A stretch of 32,000 nt of DNA from Bacillus subtilis subsp. subtilis str. 168 (GTDB lineage: Bacteria; Bacillota; Bacilli; Bacillales; Bacillaceae): positions 360,001 through 392,000 of the forward strand of contig NC_000964.3 of NCBI RefSeq assembly GCF_000009045.1, in the 5' to 3' direction. The translations under genes and the position numbers were made by a program. Below the pieces are notes generated by a model. It was not told the DNA's origin. It saw only the letters and a program-made list of their open reading frames with translations, and searched no databases. The first letter of the stretch is position 1, and each line of letters opens with the position of its first letter. Positions 26,101-32,000 of the stretch are shown here, piece after piece.

Positions 26101-27731
26101 AGCTGCTTGCCGGCATCTGGCAGGACGTGCTTGGAATGTCTGAAGTCGGTGTCACCGACAATTTCTTCTCGCTTGGCGGAGATTCCATCAAAGGAATTCA
26201 AATGGCGAGCCGCTTGAACCAGCACGGCTGGAAGCTGGAAATGAAAGATCTCTTCCAGCACCCGACGATCGAAGAGCTCACCCAGTACGTAGAGCGTGCC
26301 GAAGGCAAACAGGCAGACCAAGGCCCGGTGGAGGGCGAAGTCATCCTGACGCCGATCCAGCGCTGGTTCTTTGAAAAGAACTTCACGAACAAGCACCACT
26401 GGAACCAATCTGTGATGCTTCACGCCAAGAAGGGCTTTGATCCTGAACGGGTGGAGAAAACATTGCAGGCGCTGATCGAGCATCATGACGCGCTCCGCAT
26501 GGTCTATCGTGAGGGACAGGAAGACGTCATTCAATACAACAGAGGTCTTGAAGCTGCTTCAGCTCAATTGGAGGTCATCCAGATTGAGGGCCAAGCTGCA
26601 GATTACGAAGACCGAATAGAGAGAGAAGCGGAGCGTTTGCAAAGCAGCATCGACTTGCAGGAAGGCGGCTTGTTAAAAGCAGGCTTGTTCCAAGCGGAAG
26701 ACGGAGATCACTTGCTTCTTGCCATTCACCACTTAGTGGTTGACGGCGTGTCGTGGCGGATTTTACTGGAGGATTTCGCCGCGGTATATACACAGCTTGA
26801 GCAAGGCAATGAACCGGTTCTCCCGCAGAAAACACATTCATTTGCAGAGTATGCAGAGAGATTGCAAGACTTCGCGAACTCCAAAGCCTTTTTGAAAGAA
26901 AAAGAGTATTGGAGACAGCTTGAAGAACAAGCTGTTGCGGCAAAGCTTCCGAAAGACCGCGAATCTGGTGATCAGCGAATGAAACATACAAAGACAATTG
27001 AATTCTCGCTGACTGCTGAAGAGACAGAACAGCTCACCACAAAGGTGCATGAGGCATATCACACAGAAATGAATGATATTTTGCTGACGGCATTCGGATT
27101 GGCAATGAAGGAGTGGACGGGTCAAGATCGAGTAAGTGTTCATTTAGAGGGGCATGGACGTGAAGAAATCATAGAAGACCTGACCATTTCTCGCACAGTC
27201 GGCTGGTTTACAAGTATGTACCCAATGGTGCTCGATATGAAGCATGCGGATGATCTGGGCTACCAGCTGAAGCAAATGAAAGAAGATATCAGACATGTGC
27301 CGAATAAGGGAGTCGGATACGGCATTCTGCGCTATCTGACGGCACCGGAACATAAAGAAGATGTGGCGTTCTCGATTCAGCCGGATGTCAGCTTCAACTA
27401 TTTAGGTCAGTTTGACGAAATGTCGGATGCAGGTTTGTTTACGAGATCAGAGCTGCCATCAGGACAGTCATTAAGCCCTGAAACAGAAAAACCGAATGCG
27501 CTGGATGTTGTCGGATATATCGAAAACGGAAAACTGACGATGTCACTGGCCTATCATTCTCTTGAATTTCATGAAAAAACAGTACAAACATTCAGTGACA
27601 GCTTTAAAGCGCATCTTCTCAGAATCATTGAACATTGCCTATCTCAAGATGGTACGGAACTGACCCCGAGTGATCTTGGTGACGACGATTTGACGCTGGA
27701 TGAGCTGGATAAATTAATGGAAATTTTCTAA
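16968..27731 (+). CDS. srfAA: Surfactin synthetase subunit 1 (NRPS, three modules: C-A-T, C-A-T, C-A-T-E)
   Basis: 3587-aa ORF with SD GGGGAGG 7 nt upstream. It contains three sets of NRPS core motifs plus a terminal epimerisation domain (see module features). Recognised as SrfAA. Confidence 0.97.
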   Translation: MEITFYPLTDAQKRIWYTEKFYPHTSISNLAGIGKLVSADAIDYVLVEQAIQEFIRRNDAMRLRLRLDENGEPVQYISEYRPVDIKHTDTTEDPNAIEFISQWSREETKKPLPLYDCDLFRFSLFTIKENEVWFYANVHHVISDGISMNILGNAIMHIYLELASGSETKEGISHSFIDHVLSEQEYAQSKRFEKDKAFWNKQFESVPELVSLKRNASAGGSLDAERFSKDVPEALHQQILSFCEANKVSVLSVFQSLLAAYLYRVSGQNDVVTGTFMGNRTNAKEKQMLGMFVSTVPLRTNIDGGQAFSEFVKDRMKDLMKTLRHQKYPYNLLINDLRETKSSLTKLFTVSLEYQVMQWQKEEDLAFLTEPIFSGSGLNDVSIHVKDRWDTGKLTIDFDYRTDLFSREEINMICERMITMLENALTHPEHTIDELTLISDAEKEKLLARAGGKSVSYRKDMTIPELFQEKAELLSDHPAVVFEDRTLSYRTLHEQSARIANVLKQKGVGPDSPVAVLIERSERMITAIMGILKAGGAYVPIDPGFPAERIQYILEDCGADFILTESKVAAPEADAELIDLDQAIEEGAEESLNADVNARNLAYIIYTSGTTGRPKGVMIEHRQVHHLVESLQQTIYQSGSQTLRMALLAPFHFDASVKQIFASLLLGQTLYIVPKKTVTNGAALTAYYRKNSIEATDGTPAHLQMLAAAGDFEGLKLKHMLIGGEGLSSVVADKLLKLFKEAGTAPRLTNVYGPTETCVDASVHPVIPENAVQSAYVPIGKALGNNRLYILDQKGRLQPEGVAGELYIAGDGVGRGYLHLPELTEEKFLQDPFVPGDRMYRTGDVVRWLPDGTIEYLGREDDQVKVRGYRIELGEIEAVIQQAPDVAKAVVLARPDEQGNLEVCAYVVQKPGSEFAPAGLREHAARQLPDYMVPAYFTEVTEIPLTPSGKVDRRKLFALEVKAVSGTAYTAPRNETEKAIAAIWQDVLNVEKAGIFDNFFETGGHSLKAMTLLTKIHKETGIEIPLQFLFEHPTITALAEEADHRESKAFAVIEPAEKQEHYPLSLAQQRTYIVSQFEDAGVGYNMPAAAILEGPLDIQKLERAFQGLIRRHESLRTSFVLENSTPRQKIHDSVDFNIEMIERGGRSDEAIMASFVRTFDLAKAPLFRIGLLGLEENRHMLLFDMHHLISDGVSIGIMLEELARIYKGEQLPDLRLQYKDYAVWQSRQAAEGYKKDQAYWKEVFAGELPVLQLLSDYPRPPVQSFEGDRVSIKLDAGVKDRLNRLAEQNGATLYMVMLSAYYTLLSKYTGQDDIIVGTPSAGRNHSDTEGIIGMFVNTLAIRSEVKQNETFTQLISRVRKRVLDAFSHQDYPFEWLVEDLNIPRDVSRHPLFDTMFSLQNATEGIPAVGDLSLSVQETNFKIAKFDLTVQARETDEGIEIDVDYSTKLFKQSTADRLLTHFARLLEDAAADPEKPISEYKLLSEEEAASQIQQFNPGRTPYPKDKTIVQLFEEQAANTPDHTALQYEGESLTYRELNERANRLARGILSLGAGEGRTAAVLCERSMDMIVSILAVLKSGSAYVPIDPEHPIQRMQHFFRDSGAKVLLTQRKLKALAEEAEFKGVIVLADEEESYHADARNLALPLDSAAMANLTYTSGTTGTPKGNIVTHANILRTVKETNYLSITEQDTILGLSNYVFDAFMFDMFGSLLNGAKLVLIPKETVLDMARLSRVIERENISILMITTALFHLLVDLNPACLSTLRKIMFGGERASVEHVRKALQTVGKGKLLHMYGPSESTVFATYHPVDELEEHTLSVPIGKPVSNTEVYILDRTGHVQPAGIAGELCVSGEGLVKGYYNRPELTEEKFVPHPFTSGERMYKTGDLARWLPNGDIEFIGRIDHQVKIRGQRIELGEIEHQLQTHDRVQESVVLAVDQGAGDKLLCAYYVGEGDISSQEMREHAAKDLPAYMVPAVFIQMDELPLTGNGKIDRRALPIPDANVSRGVSYVAPRNGTEQKVADIWAQVLQAEQVGAYDHFFDIGGHSLAGMKMLALVHQELGVELSLKDLFQSPTVEGLAQVIASAEKGTAASISPAEKQDTYPVSSPQKRMYVLQQLEDAQTSYNMPAVLRLTGELDVERLNSVMQQLMQRHEALRTTFEIKDGETVQRIWEEAECEIAYFEAPEEETERIVSEFIKPFKIDQLPLFRIGLIKHSDTEHVLLFDMHHIISDGASVGVLIEELSKLYDGETLEPLRIQYKDYAVWQQQFIQSELYKKQEEHWLKELDGELPVLTLPTDYSRPAVQTFEGDRIAFSLEAGKADALRRLAKETDSTLYMVLLASYSAFLSKISGQDDIIVGSPVAGRSQADVSRVIGMFVNTLALRTYPKGEKTFADYLNEVKETALSAFDAQDYPLEDLIGNVQVQRDTSRNPLFDAVFSMQNANIKDLTMKGIQLEPHPFERKTAKFDLTLTADETDGGLTFVLEYNTALFKQETIERWKQYWMELLDAVTGNPNQPLSSLSLVTETEKQALLEAWKGKALPVPTDKTVHQLFEETAQRHKDRPAVTYNGQSWTYGELNAKANRLARILMDCGISPDDRVGVLTKPSLEMSAAVLGVLKAGAAFVPIDPDYPDQRIEYILQDSGAKLLLKQEGISVPDSYTGDVILLDGSRTILSLPLDENDEENPETAVTAENLAYMIYTSGTTGQPKGVMVEHHALVNLCFWHHDAFSMTAEDRSAKYAGFGFDASIWEMFPTWTIGAELHVIEEAIRLDIVRLNDYFETNGVTITFLPTQLAEQFMELENTSLRVLLTGGDKLKRAVKKPYTLVNNYGPTENTVVATSAEIHPEEGSLSIGRAIANTRVYILGEGNQVQPEGVAGELCVAGRGLARGYLNREDETAKRFVADPFVPGERMYRTGDLVKWTGGGIEYIGRIDQQVKVRGYRIELSEIEVQLAQLSEVQDAAVTAVKDKGGNTAIAAYVTPESADIEALKSALKETLPDYMIPAFWVTLNELPVTANGKVDRKALPEPDIEAGSGEYKAPTTDMEELLAGIWQDVLGMSEVGVTDNFFSLGGDSIKGIQMASRLNQHGWKLEMKDLFQHPTIEELTQYVERAEGKQADQGPVEGEVILTPIQRWFFEKNFTNKHHWNQSVMLHAKKGFDPERVEKTLQALIEHHDALRMVYREGQEDVIQYNRGLEAASAQLEVIQIEGQAADYEDRIEREAERLQSSIDLQEGGLLKAGLFQAEDGDHLLLAIHHLVVDGVSWRILLEDFAAVYTQLEQGNEPVLPQKTHSFAEYAERLQDFANSKAFLKEKEYWRQLEEQAVAAKLPKDRESGDQRMKHTKTIEFSLTAEETEQLTTKVHEAYHTEMNDILLTAFGLAMKEWTGQDRVSVHLEGHGREEIIEDLTISRTVGWFTSMYPMVLDMKHADDLGYQLKQMKEDIRHVPNKGVGYGILRYLTAPEHKEDVAFSIQPDVSFNYLGQFDEMSDAGLFTRSELPSGQSLSPETEKPNALDVVGYIENGKLTMSLAYHSLEFHEKTVQTFSDSFKAHLLRIIEHCLSQDGTELTPSDLGDDDLTLDELDKLMEIF
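20145..23261 (+). other. srfAA module 2: C - A - T; Leu-activating by established knowledge
   Basis: HHLISDG at 20523-20543; YTSGTTGTPKG at 21930-21962; the GGHS serine codon at 23100-23102. Boundaries are approximate. Confidence 0.8.
23262..27731 (+). other. srfAA module 3: C - A - T - E; Leu activated and epimerised to D-Leu by established knowledge
   Basis: HHIISDG at 23640-23660; YTSGTTGQPKG at 25059-25091; the GGDS serine codon at 26184-26186. The E domain spans about 26322-27650 with HHLVVDG at 26727-26747. Confidence 0.8.
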
Positions 27732-27743
27732 TAGAGGTGGCAT

Positions 27744-30700
27744 ATGAGCAAAAAATCGATTCAAAAGGTGTACGCACTGACACCAATGCAGGAGGGAATG
27801 CTGTATCATGCGATGCTTGATCCGCATTCTTCCTCGTACTTCACACAATTAGAGCTTGGGATTCACGGCGCTTTTGATCTTGAAATCTTTGAGAAAAGCG
27901 TCAATGAACTGATTCGGTCATACGATATTCTCCGTACGGTATTTGTGCATCAGCAGCTGCAAAAACCGCGTCAGGTCGTGTTAGCGGAACGCAAAACAAA
28001 AGTGCATTATGAGGATATCAGTCATGCAGACGAAAACCGCCAGAAAGAGCACATTGAGCGTTACAAACAAGACGTTCAGCGCCAAGGCTTTAACCTGGCA
28101 AAAGACATATTGTTCAAGGTAGCGGTTTTCCGCCTTGCTGCAGATCAGCTGTATCTTGTCTGGAGCAATCATCATATTATGATGGACGGCTGGAGCATGG
28201 GCGTCCTCATGAAAAGCCTGTTCCAAAACTATGAAGCGCTCAGAGCAGGCAGGACACCGGCAAACGGTCAGGGCAAGCCTTATTCCGATTACATCAAGTG
28301 GCTTGGAAAACAGGACAATGAAGAAGCGGAGAGCTACTGGAGCGAGCGCTTGGCGGGTTTTGAACAGCCAAGCGTGCTCCCGGGCCGCCTGCCTGTGAAA
28401 AAAGACGAATACGTCAATAAAGAATATTCATTTACATGGGACGAAACACTGGTTGCCCGTATTCAGCAAACCGCAAATCTCCATCAAGTGACAGGGCCTA
28501 ACCTATTTCAGGCCGTTTGGGGCATTGTTCTCAGCAAATACAACTTTACGGATGATGTGATCTTCGGAACGGTCGTCTCGGGACGACCGTCTGAAATCAA
28601 CGGAATCGAAACGATGGCGGGGCTGTTTATCAACACCATTCCAGTGCGGGTGAAAGTTGAACGAGATGCTGCATTCGCTGATATTTTCACAGCTGTTCAG
28701 CAGCATGCAGTAGAGGCAGAGCGTTACGATTACGTGCCGCTCTATGAGATTCAAAAACGCTCAGCTCTTGATGGCAATCTCTTAAACCATCTGGTCGCGT
28801 TTGAAAATTATCCGCTTGATCAAGAGCTTGAAAACGGCAGCATGGAAGACCGCCTCGGGTTTTCGATTAAGGTAGAAAGCGCATTTGAACAAACGAGCTT
28901 CGATTTCAACCTGATTGTGTATCCGGGCAAAACGTGGACCGTCAAAATTAAATATAACGGAGCCGCCTTTGATTCCGCTTTTATCGAACGGACAGCGGAG
29001 CACCTTACCCGCATGATGGAAGCAGCTGTCGATCAGCCGGCCGCTTTTGTGCGTGAGTACGGGCTTGTGGGAGACGAAGAGCAGCGGCAAATTGTCGAGG
29101 TGTTTAACAGCACGAAAGCCGAACTCCCTGAAGGAATGGCTGTTCACCAAGTGTTTGAAGAGCAAGCGAAACGGACGCCGGCGAGCACCGCCGTCGTATA
29201 TGAAGGAACCAAGCTGACGTACCGCGAGCTGAATGCAGCGGCTAACCGTCTGGCGAGAAAGCTTGTCGAACATGGGCTTCAAAAAGGGGAAACAGCAGCG
29301 ATTATGAACGACCGCTCAGTAGAAACCGTTGTCGGCATGCTGGCTGTTTTAAAAGCAGGCGCCGCATATGTGCCGCTTGATCCAGCGCTTCCTGGGGATC
29401 GTCTTCGTTTCATGGCAGAGGACAGCTCCGTTCGAATGGTTTTGATCGGAAATTCTTATACAGGGCAGGCACATCAGCTGCAAGTGCCGGTTCTTACACT
29501 GGACATAGGCTTTGAAGAGAGTGAAGCGGCTGACAATCTCAACCTGCCATCCGCCCCGTCTGATTTGGCGTACATCATGTACACATCCGGTTCAACGGGC
29601 AAACCGAAAGGCGTCATGATCGAACATAAAAGCATTCTGCGCCTCGTCAAAAATGCCGGGTACGTTCCTGTTACTGAAGAAGACCGCATGGCGCAAACGG
29701 GAGCTGTCAGCTTTGATGCCGGAACGTTTGAGGTATTCGGCGCACTGCTGAATGGCGCAGCACTTTATCCGGTCAAAAAAGAGACACTGCTTGATGCGAA
29801 ACAATTTGCTGCATTCCTGCGTGAGCAAAGCATCACAACTATGTGGCTGACATCACCTTTATTCAACCAGCTTGCTGCAAAGGATGCGGGTATGTTCGGC
29901 ACACTGCGCCATTTAATCATCGGCGGAGATGCCCTTGTCCCGCATATTGTCAGCAAAGTAAAACAGGCATCGCCGTCGCTTTCATTGTGGAACGGATACG
30001 GCCCGACAGAAAACACGACGTTTTCAACCAGTTTTCTGATCGACCGCGAGTATGGCGGCTCTATCCCAATCGGGAAGCCGATCGGAAATTCCACTGCCTA
30101 TATTATGGATGAGCAGCAATGCCTGCAGCCAATCGGCGCGCCTGGTGAGCTTTGCGTAGGCGGAATCGGTGTAGCGCGTGGGTATGTCAATCTCCCTGAG
30201 CTGACGGAGAAGCAATTTCTGGAAGACCCGTTCAGACCGGGTGAGAGAATTTACCGCACTGGTGACTTGGCAAGATGGCTGCCGGACGGCAATATCGAAT
30301 TTTTAGGCAGAATCGACAACCAAGTGAAGGTGCGCGGCTTCCGAATTGAGCTTGGCGAAATTGAAACAAAACTGAACATGGCTGAGCATGTGACAGAAGC
30401 CGCGGTGATCATACGCAAGAACAAAGCAGACGAAAATGAAATTTGCGCGTACTTCACGGCGGATCGTGAAGTGGCTGTGAGTGAGCTGAGAAAAACACTG
30501 TCTCAGTCTTTGCCTGACTATATGGTCCCTGCCCACCTGATTCAAATGGACAGCCTGCCGCTCACGCCAAACGGGAAAATCAACAAAAAGGAACTGCCTG
30601 CACCGCAATCAGAAGCCGTGCAGCCGGAATACGCAGCACCAAAAACAGAGAGTGAAAAGAAATTAGCGGAGATCTGGGAAGGAATACTCGGCGTCAAAGC

Positions 30701-32000
30701 AGGCGTTACCGATAACTTCTTTATGATCGGCGGCCATTCTTTGAAAGCGATGATGATGACGGCGAAAATTCAAGAGCATTTTCATAAGGAAGTTCCGATA
30801 AAAGTGCTTTTTGAAAAGCCGACTATTCAAGAACTGGCACTGTATTTGGAAGAGAACGAAAGCAAGGAGGAGCAGACGTTTGAACCGATCAGGCAAGCAT
30901 CTTATCAGCAGCATTATCCTGTATCCCCGGCCCAGCGGAGAATGTATATCCTCAATCAGCTTGGACAAGCAAACACAAGCTACAACGTCCCCGCTGTACT
31001 TCTGCTGGAGGGAGAAGTAGATAAAGACCGGCTTGAAAACGCGATTCAGCAATTAATCAACCGGCACGAAATCCTCCGTACATCGTTTGACATGATCGAC
31101 GGAGAGGTTGTGCAAACCGTTCATAAAAACATATCGTTCCAGCTGGAGGCTGCCAAGGGACGGGAAGAAGACGCGGAAGAGATAATCAAAGCATTTGTTC
31201 AGCCGTTTGAATTAAACCGCGCGCCGCTCGTCCGTTCGAAGCTTGTCCAGCTGGAAGAAAAACGCCACCTGCTGCTCATTGATATGCATCATATTATTAC
31301 TGACGGAAGTTCAACAGGCATTCTAATCGGTGATCTTGCCAAAATATATCAAGGCGCAGATCTGGAACTGCCACAAATTCACTATAAAGATTACGCAGTT
31401 TGGCACAAAGAACAAACTAATTATCAAAAAGATGAGGAATACTGGCTCGATGTCTTTAAAGGCGAACTGCCAATACTGGATCTTCCCGCGGATTTCGAGC
31501 GGCCAGCTGAACGGAGCTTTGCGGGAGAGCGCGTGATGTTTGGGCTTGATAAGCAAATCACGGCTCAAATCAAATCGCTCATGGCAGAAACAGATACGAC
31601 AATGTACATGTTTTTGCTGGCGGCGTTCAATGTACTCCTTTCCAAGTACGCGTCACAGGATGATATCATTGTCGGCTCGCCGACAGCTGGCAGAACACAT
31701 CCTGATCTGCAAGGTGTGCCGGGTATGTTTGTCAACACGGTGGCACTCAGAACGGCACCAGCGGGAGATAAAACCTTCGCGCAATTCCTTGAAGAGGTCA
31801 AAACAGCCAGCCTTCAAGCATTCGAGCACCAGAGCTATCCGCTTGAGGAGCTGATTGAAAAGCTTCCGCTTACAAGGGATACAAGCAGAAGTCCGCTGTT
31901 CAGCGTGATGTTCAACATGCAGAATATGGAGATTCCTTCATTAAGATTAGGAGATTTGAAGATTTCCTCGTATTCCATGCTTCATCATGTTGCGAAATTT
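27744..32000 (+). CDS. srfAB: Surfactin synthetase subunit 2, first 1419 codons (module 4 C-A-T and the start of the module 5 C domain); runs off the right edge
   Basis: ATG at 27744 lies 12 nt after the srfAA stop, with SD GAGGTGG. The frame stays open to the window end, so it is absent from the ORF track. The N-terminus is MSKKSIQKVYALTPMQEGMLYHA. HHIMMDG is at 28170-28190, YTSGSTGKPKG at 29580-29612, the GGHS serine codon at 30738-30740, and the next C-domain HHIITDG at 31287-31307. Confidence 0.95.
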   Translation, partial: MSKKSIQKVYALTPMQEGMLYHAMLDPHSSSYFTQLELGIHGAFDLEIFEKSVNELIRSYDILRTVFVHQQLQKPRQVVLAERKTKVHYEDISHADENRQKEHIERYKQDVQRQGFNLAKDILFKVAVFRLAADQLYLVWSNHHIMMDGWSMGVLMKSLFQNYEALRAGRTPANGQGKPYSDYIKWLGKQDNEEAESYWSERLAGFEQPSVLPGRLPVKKDEYVNKEYSFTWDETLVARIQQTANLHQVTGPNLFQAVWGIVLSKYNFTDDVIFGTVVSGRPSEINGIETMAGLFINTIPVRVKVERDAAFADIFTAVQQHAVEAERYDYVPLYEIQKRSALDGNLLNHLVAFENYPLDQELENGSMEDRLGFSIKVESAFEQTSFDFNLIVYPGKTWTVKIKYNGAAFDSAFIERTAEHLTRMMEAAVDQPAAFVREYGLVGDEEQRQIVEVFNSTKAELPEGMAVHQVFEEQAKRTPASTAVVYEGTKLTYRELNAAANRLARKLVEHGLQKGETAAIMNDRSVETVVGMLAVLKAGAAYVPLDPALPGDRLRFMAEDSSVRMVLIGNSYTGQAHQLQVPVLTLDIGFEESEAADNLNLPSAPSDLAYIMYTSGSTGKPKGVMIEHKSILRLVKNAGYVPVTEEDRMAQTGAVSFDAGTFEVFGALLNGAALYPVKKETLLDAKQFAAFLREQSITTMWLTSPLFNQLAAKDAGMFGTLRHLIIGGDALVPHIVSKVKQASPSLSLWNGYGPTENTTFSTSFLIDREYGGSIPIGKPIGNSTAYIMDEQQCLQPIGAPGELCVGGIGVARGYVNLPELTEKQFLEDPFRPGERIYRTGDLARWLPDGNIEFLGRIDNQVKVRGFRIELGEIETKLNMAEHVTEAAVIIRKNKADENEICAYFTADREVAVSELRKTLSQSLPDYMVPAHLIQMDSLPLTPNGKINKKELPAPQSEAVQPEYAAPKTESEKKLAEIWEGILGVKAGVTDNFFMIGGHSLKAMMMTAKIQEHFHKEVPIKVLFEKPTIQELALYLEENESKEEQTFEPIRQASYQQHYPVSPAQRRMYILNQLGQANTSYNVPAVLLLEGEVDKDRLENAIQQLINRHEILRTSFDMIDGEVVQTVHKNISFQLEAAKGREEDAEEIIKAFVQPFELNRAPLVRSKLVQLEEKRHLLLIDMHHIITDGSSTGILIGDLAKIYQGADLELPQIHYKDYAVWHKEQTNYQKDEEYWLDVFKGELPILDLPADFERPAERSFAGERVMFGLDKQITAQIKSLMAETDTTMYMFLLAAFNVLLSKYASQDDIIVGSPTAGRTHPDLQGVPGMFVNTVALRTAPAGDKTFAQFLEEVKTASLQAFEHQSYPLEELIEKLPLTRDTSRSPLFSVMFNMQNMEIPSLRLGDLKISSYSMLHHVAKF
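30880..31020 (+). CDS. comS: ComS, 46-aa competence regulator (anti-adaptor for MecA/ClpCP), encoded in the +1 frame inside srfAB
   Basis: TTG at 30880 lies 9 nt after AAGGAGG (30864-30870). Translation (M)NRSGKHLISSIILYPRPSGECISSISLDKQTQATTSPLYFCWREK is recognised as ComS. The ORF-track entry 30811-31020 is the same frame extended to an upstream ATG that lacks an SD. Confidence 0.9.
   Translation: MNRSGKHLISSIILYPRPSGECISSISLDKQTQATTSPLYFCWREK

Noticed and set aside
30811-30879. Upstream extension of comS to the ATG at 30811 (the 69-aa ORF-track entry).
   Set aside because: No SD precedes 30811, whereas the internal TTG at 30880 has AAGGAGG at ideal spacing. The 46-aa product also matches ComS as I remember it.

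Overview
By recognition of the encoded proteins and regulatory sites (no search was possible), this window is a collinear stretch of a Bacillus subtilis 168-like chromosome. From memory it is roughly the 360-392 kb region; this is unverified. Left to right it contains:
- nasC' (5-prime end, minus strand) and nasB, divergent from nasA. These are nitrate assimilation genes with a TnrA box between them.
- The Zur-controlled zinc-limitation cluster folE2(yciA)-yciB-yciC(zagA), with three Zur boxes.
- yckA-yckB, an amino-acid ABC permease and binding lipoprotein (minus strand).
- A short decayed dehydrogenase-like relic.
- yckC (RDD membrane protein) and yckD (small secreted protein).
- bglC (GH1 phospho-beta-glucosidase).
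- nin-nucA (competence nuclease and its inhibitor, minus strand).
- tlpC (chemoreceptor, minus strand).
- hxlB-hxlA (ribulose monophosphate formaldehyde fixation, minus strand), divergent from hxlR.
- The ComA-dependent srfA promoter and its ~290-nt leader.
- All of srfAA (three NRPS modules) and the first 1419 codons of srfAB, with the 46-codon competence gene comS embedded out of frame.

I see no rRNA, tRNA, CRISPR array, IS element, integrase, prophage or recognisable defence island.

I do not find a convincing new multi-gene system. The most remarkable element, comS nested in srfAB, is already known. The less well explained items are:
- a dehydrogenase pseudogene relic between yckB and yckC;
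- the ~210-nt segment between the two yciC Zur operators;
- an 18-bp perfect palindrome in the bglC promoter that is cre-like but has a non-canonical centre;
- an ABC importer pair with no ATPase gene;
- the histidine-rich secreted protein YckD;
- an odd start context for nucA;
- the lack of a visible terminator between tlpC and nucA.
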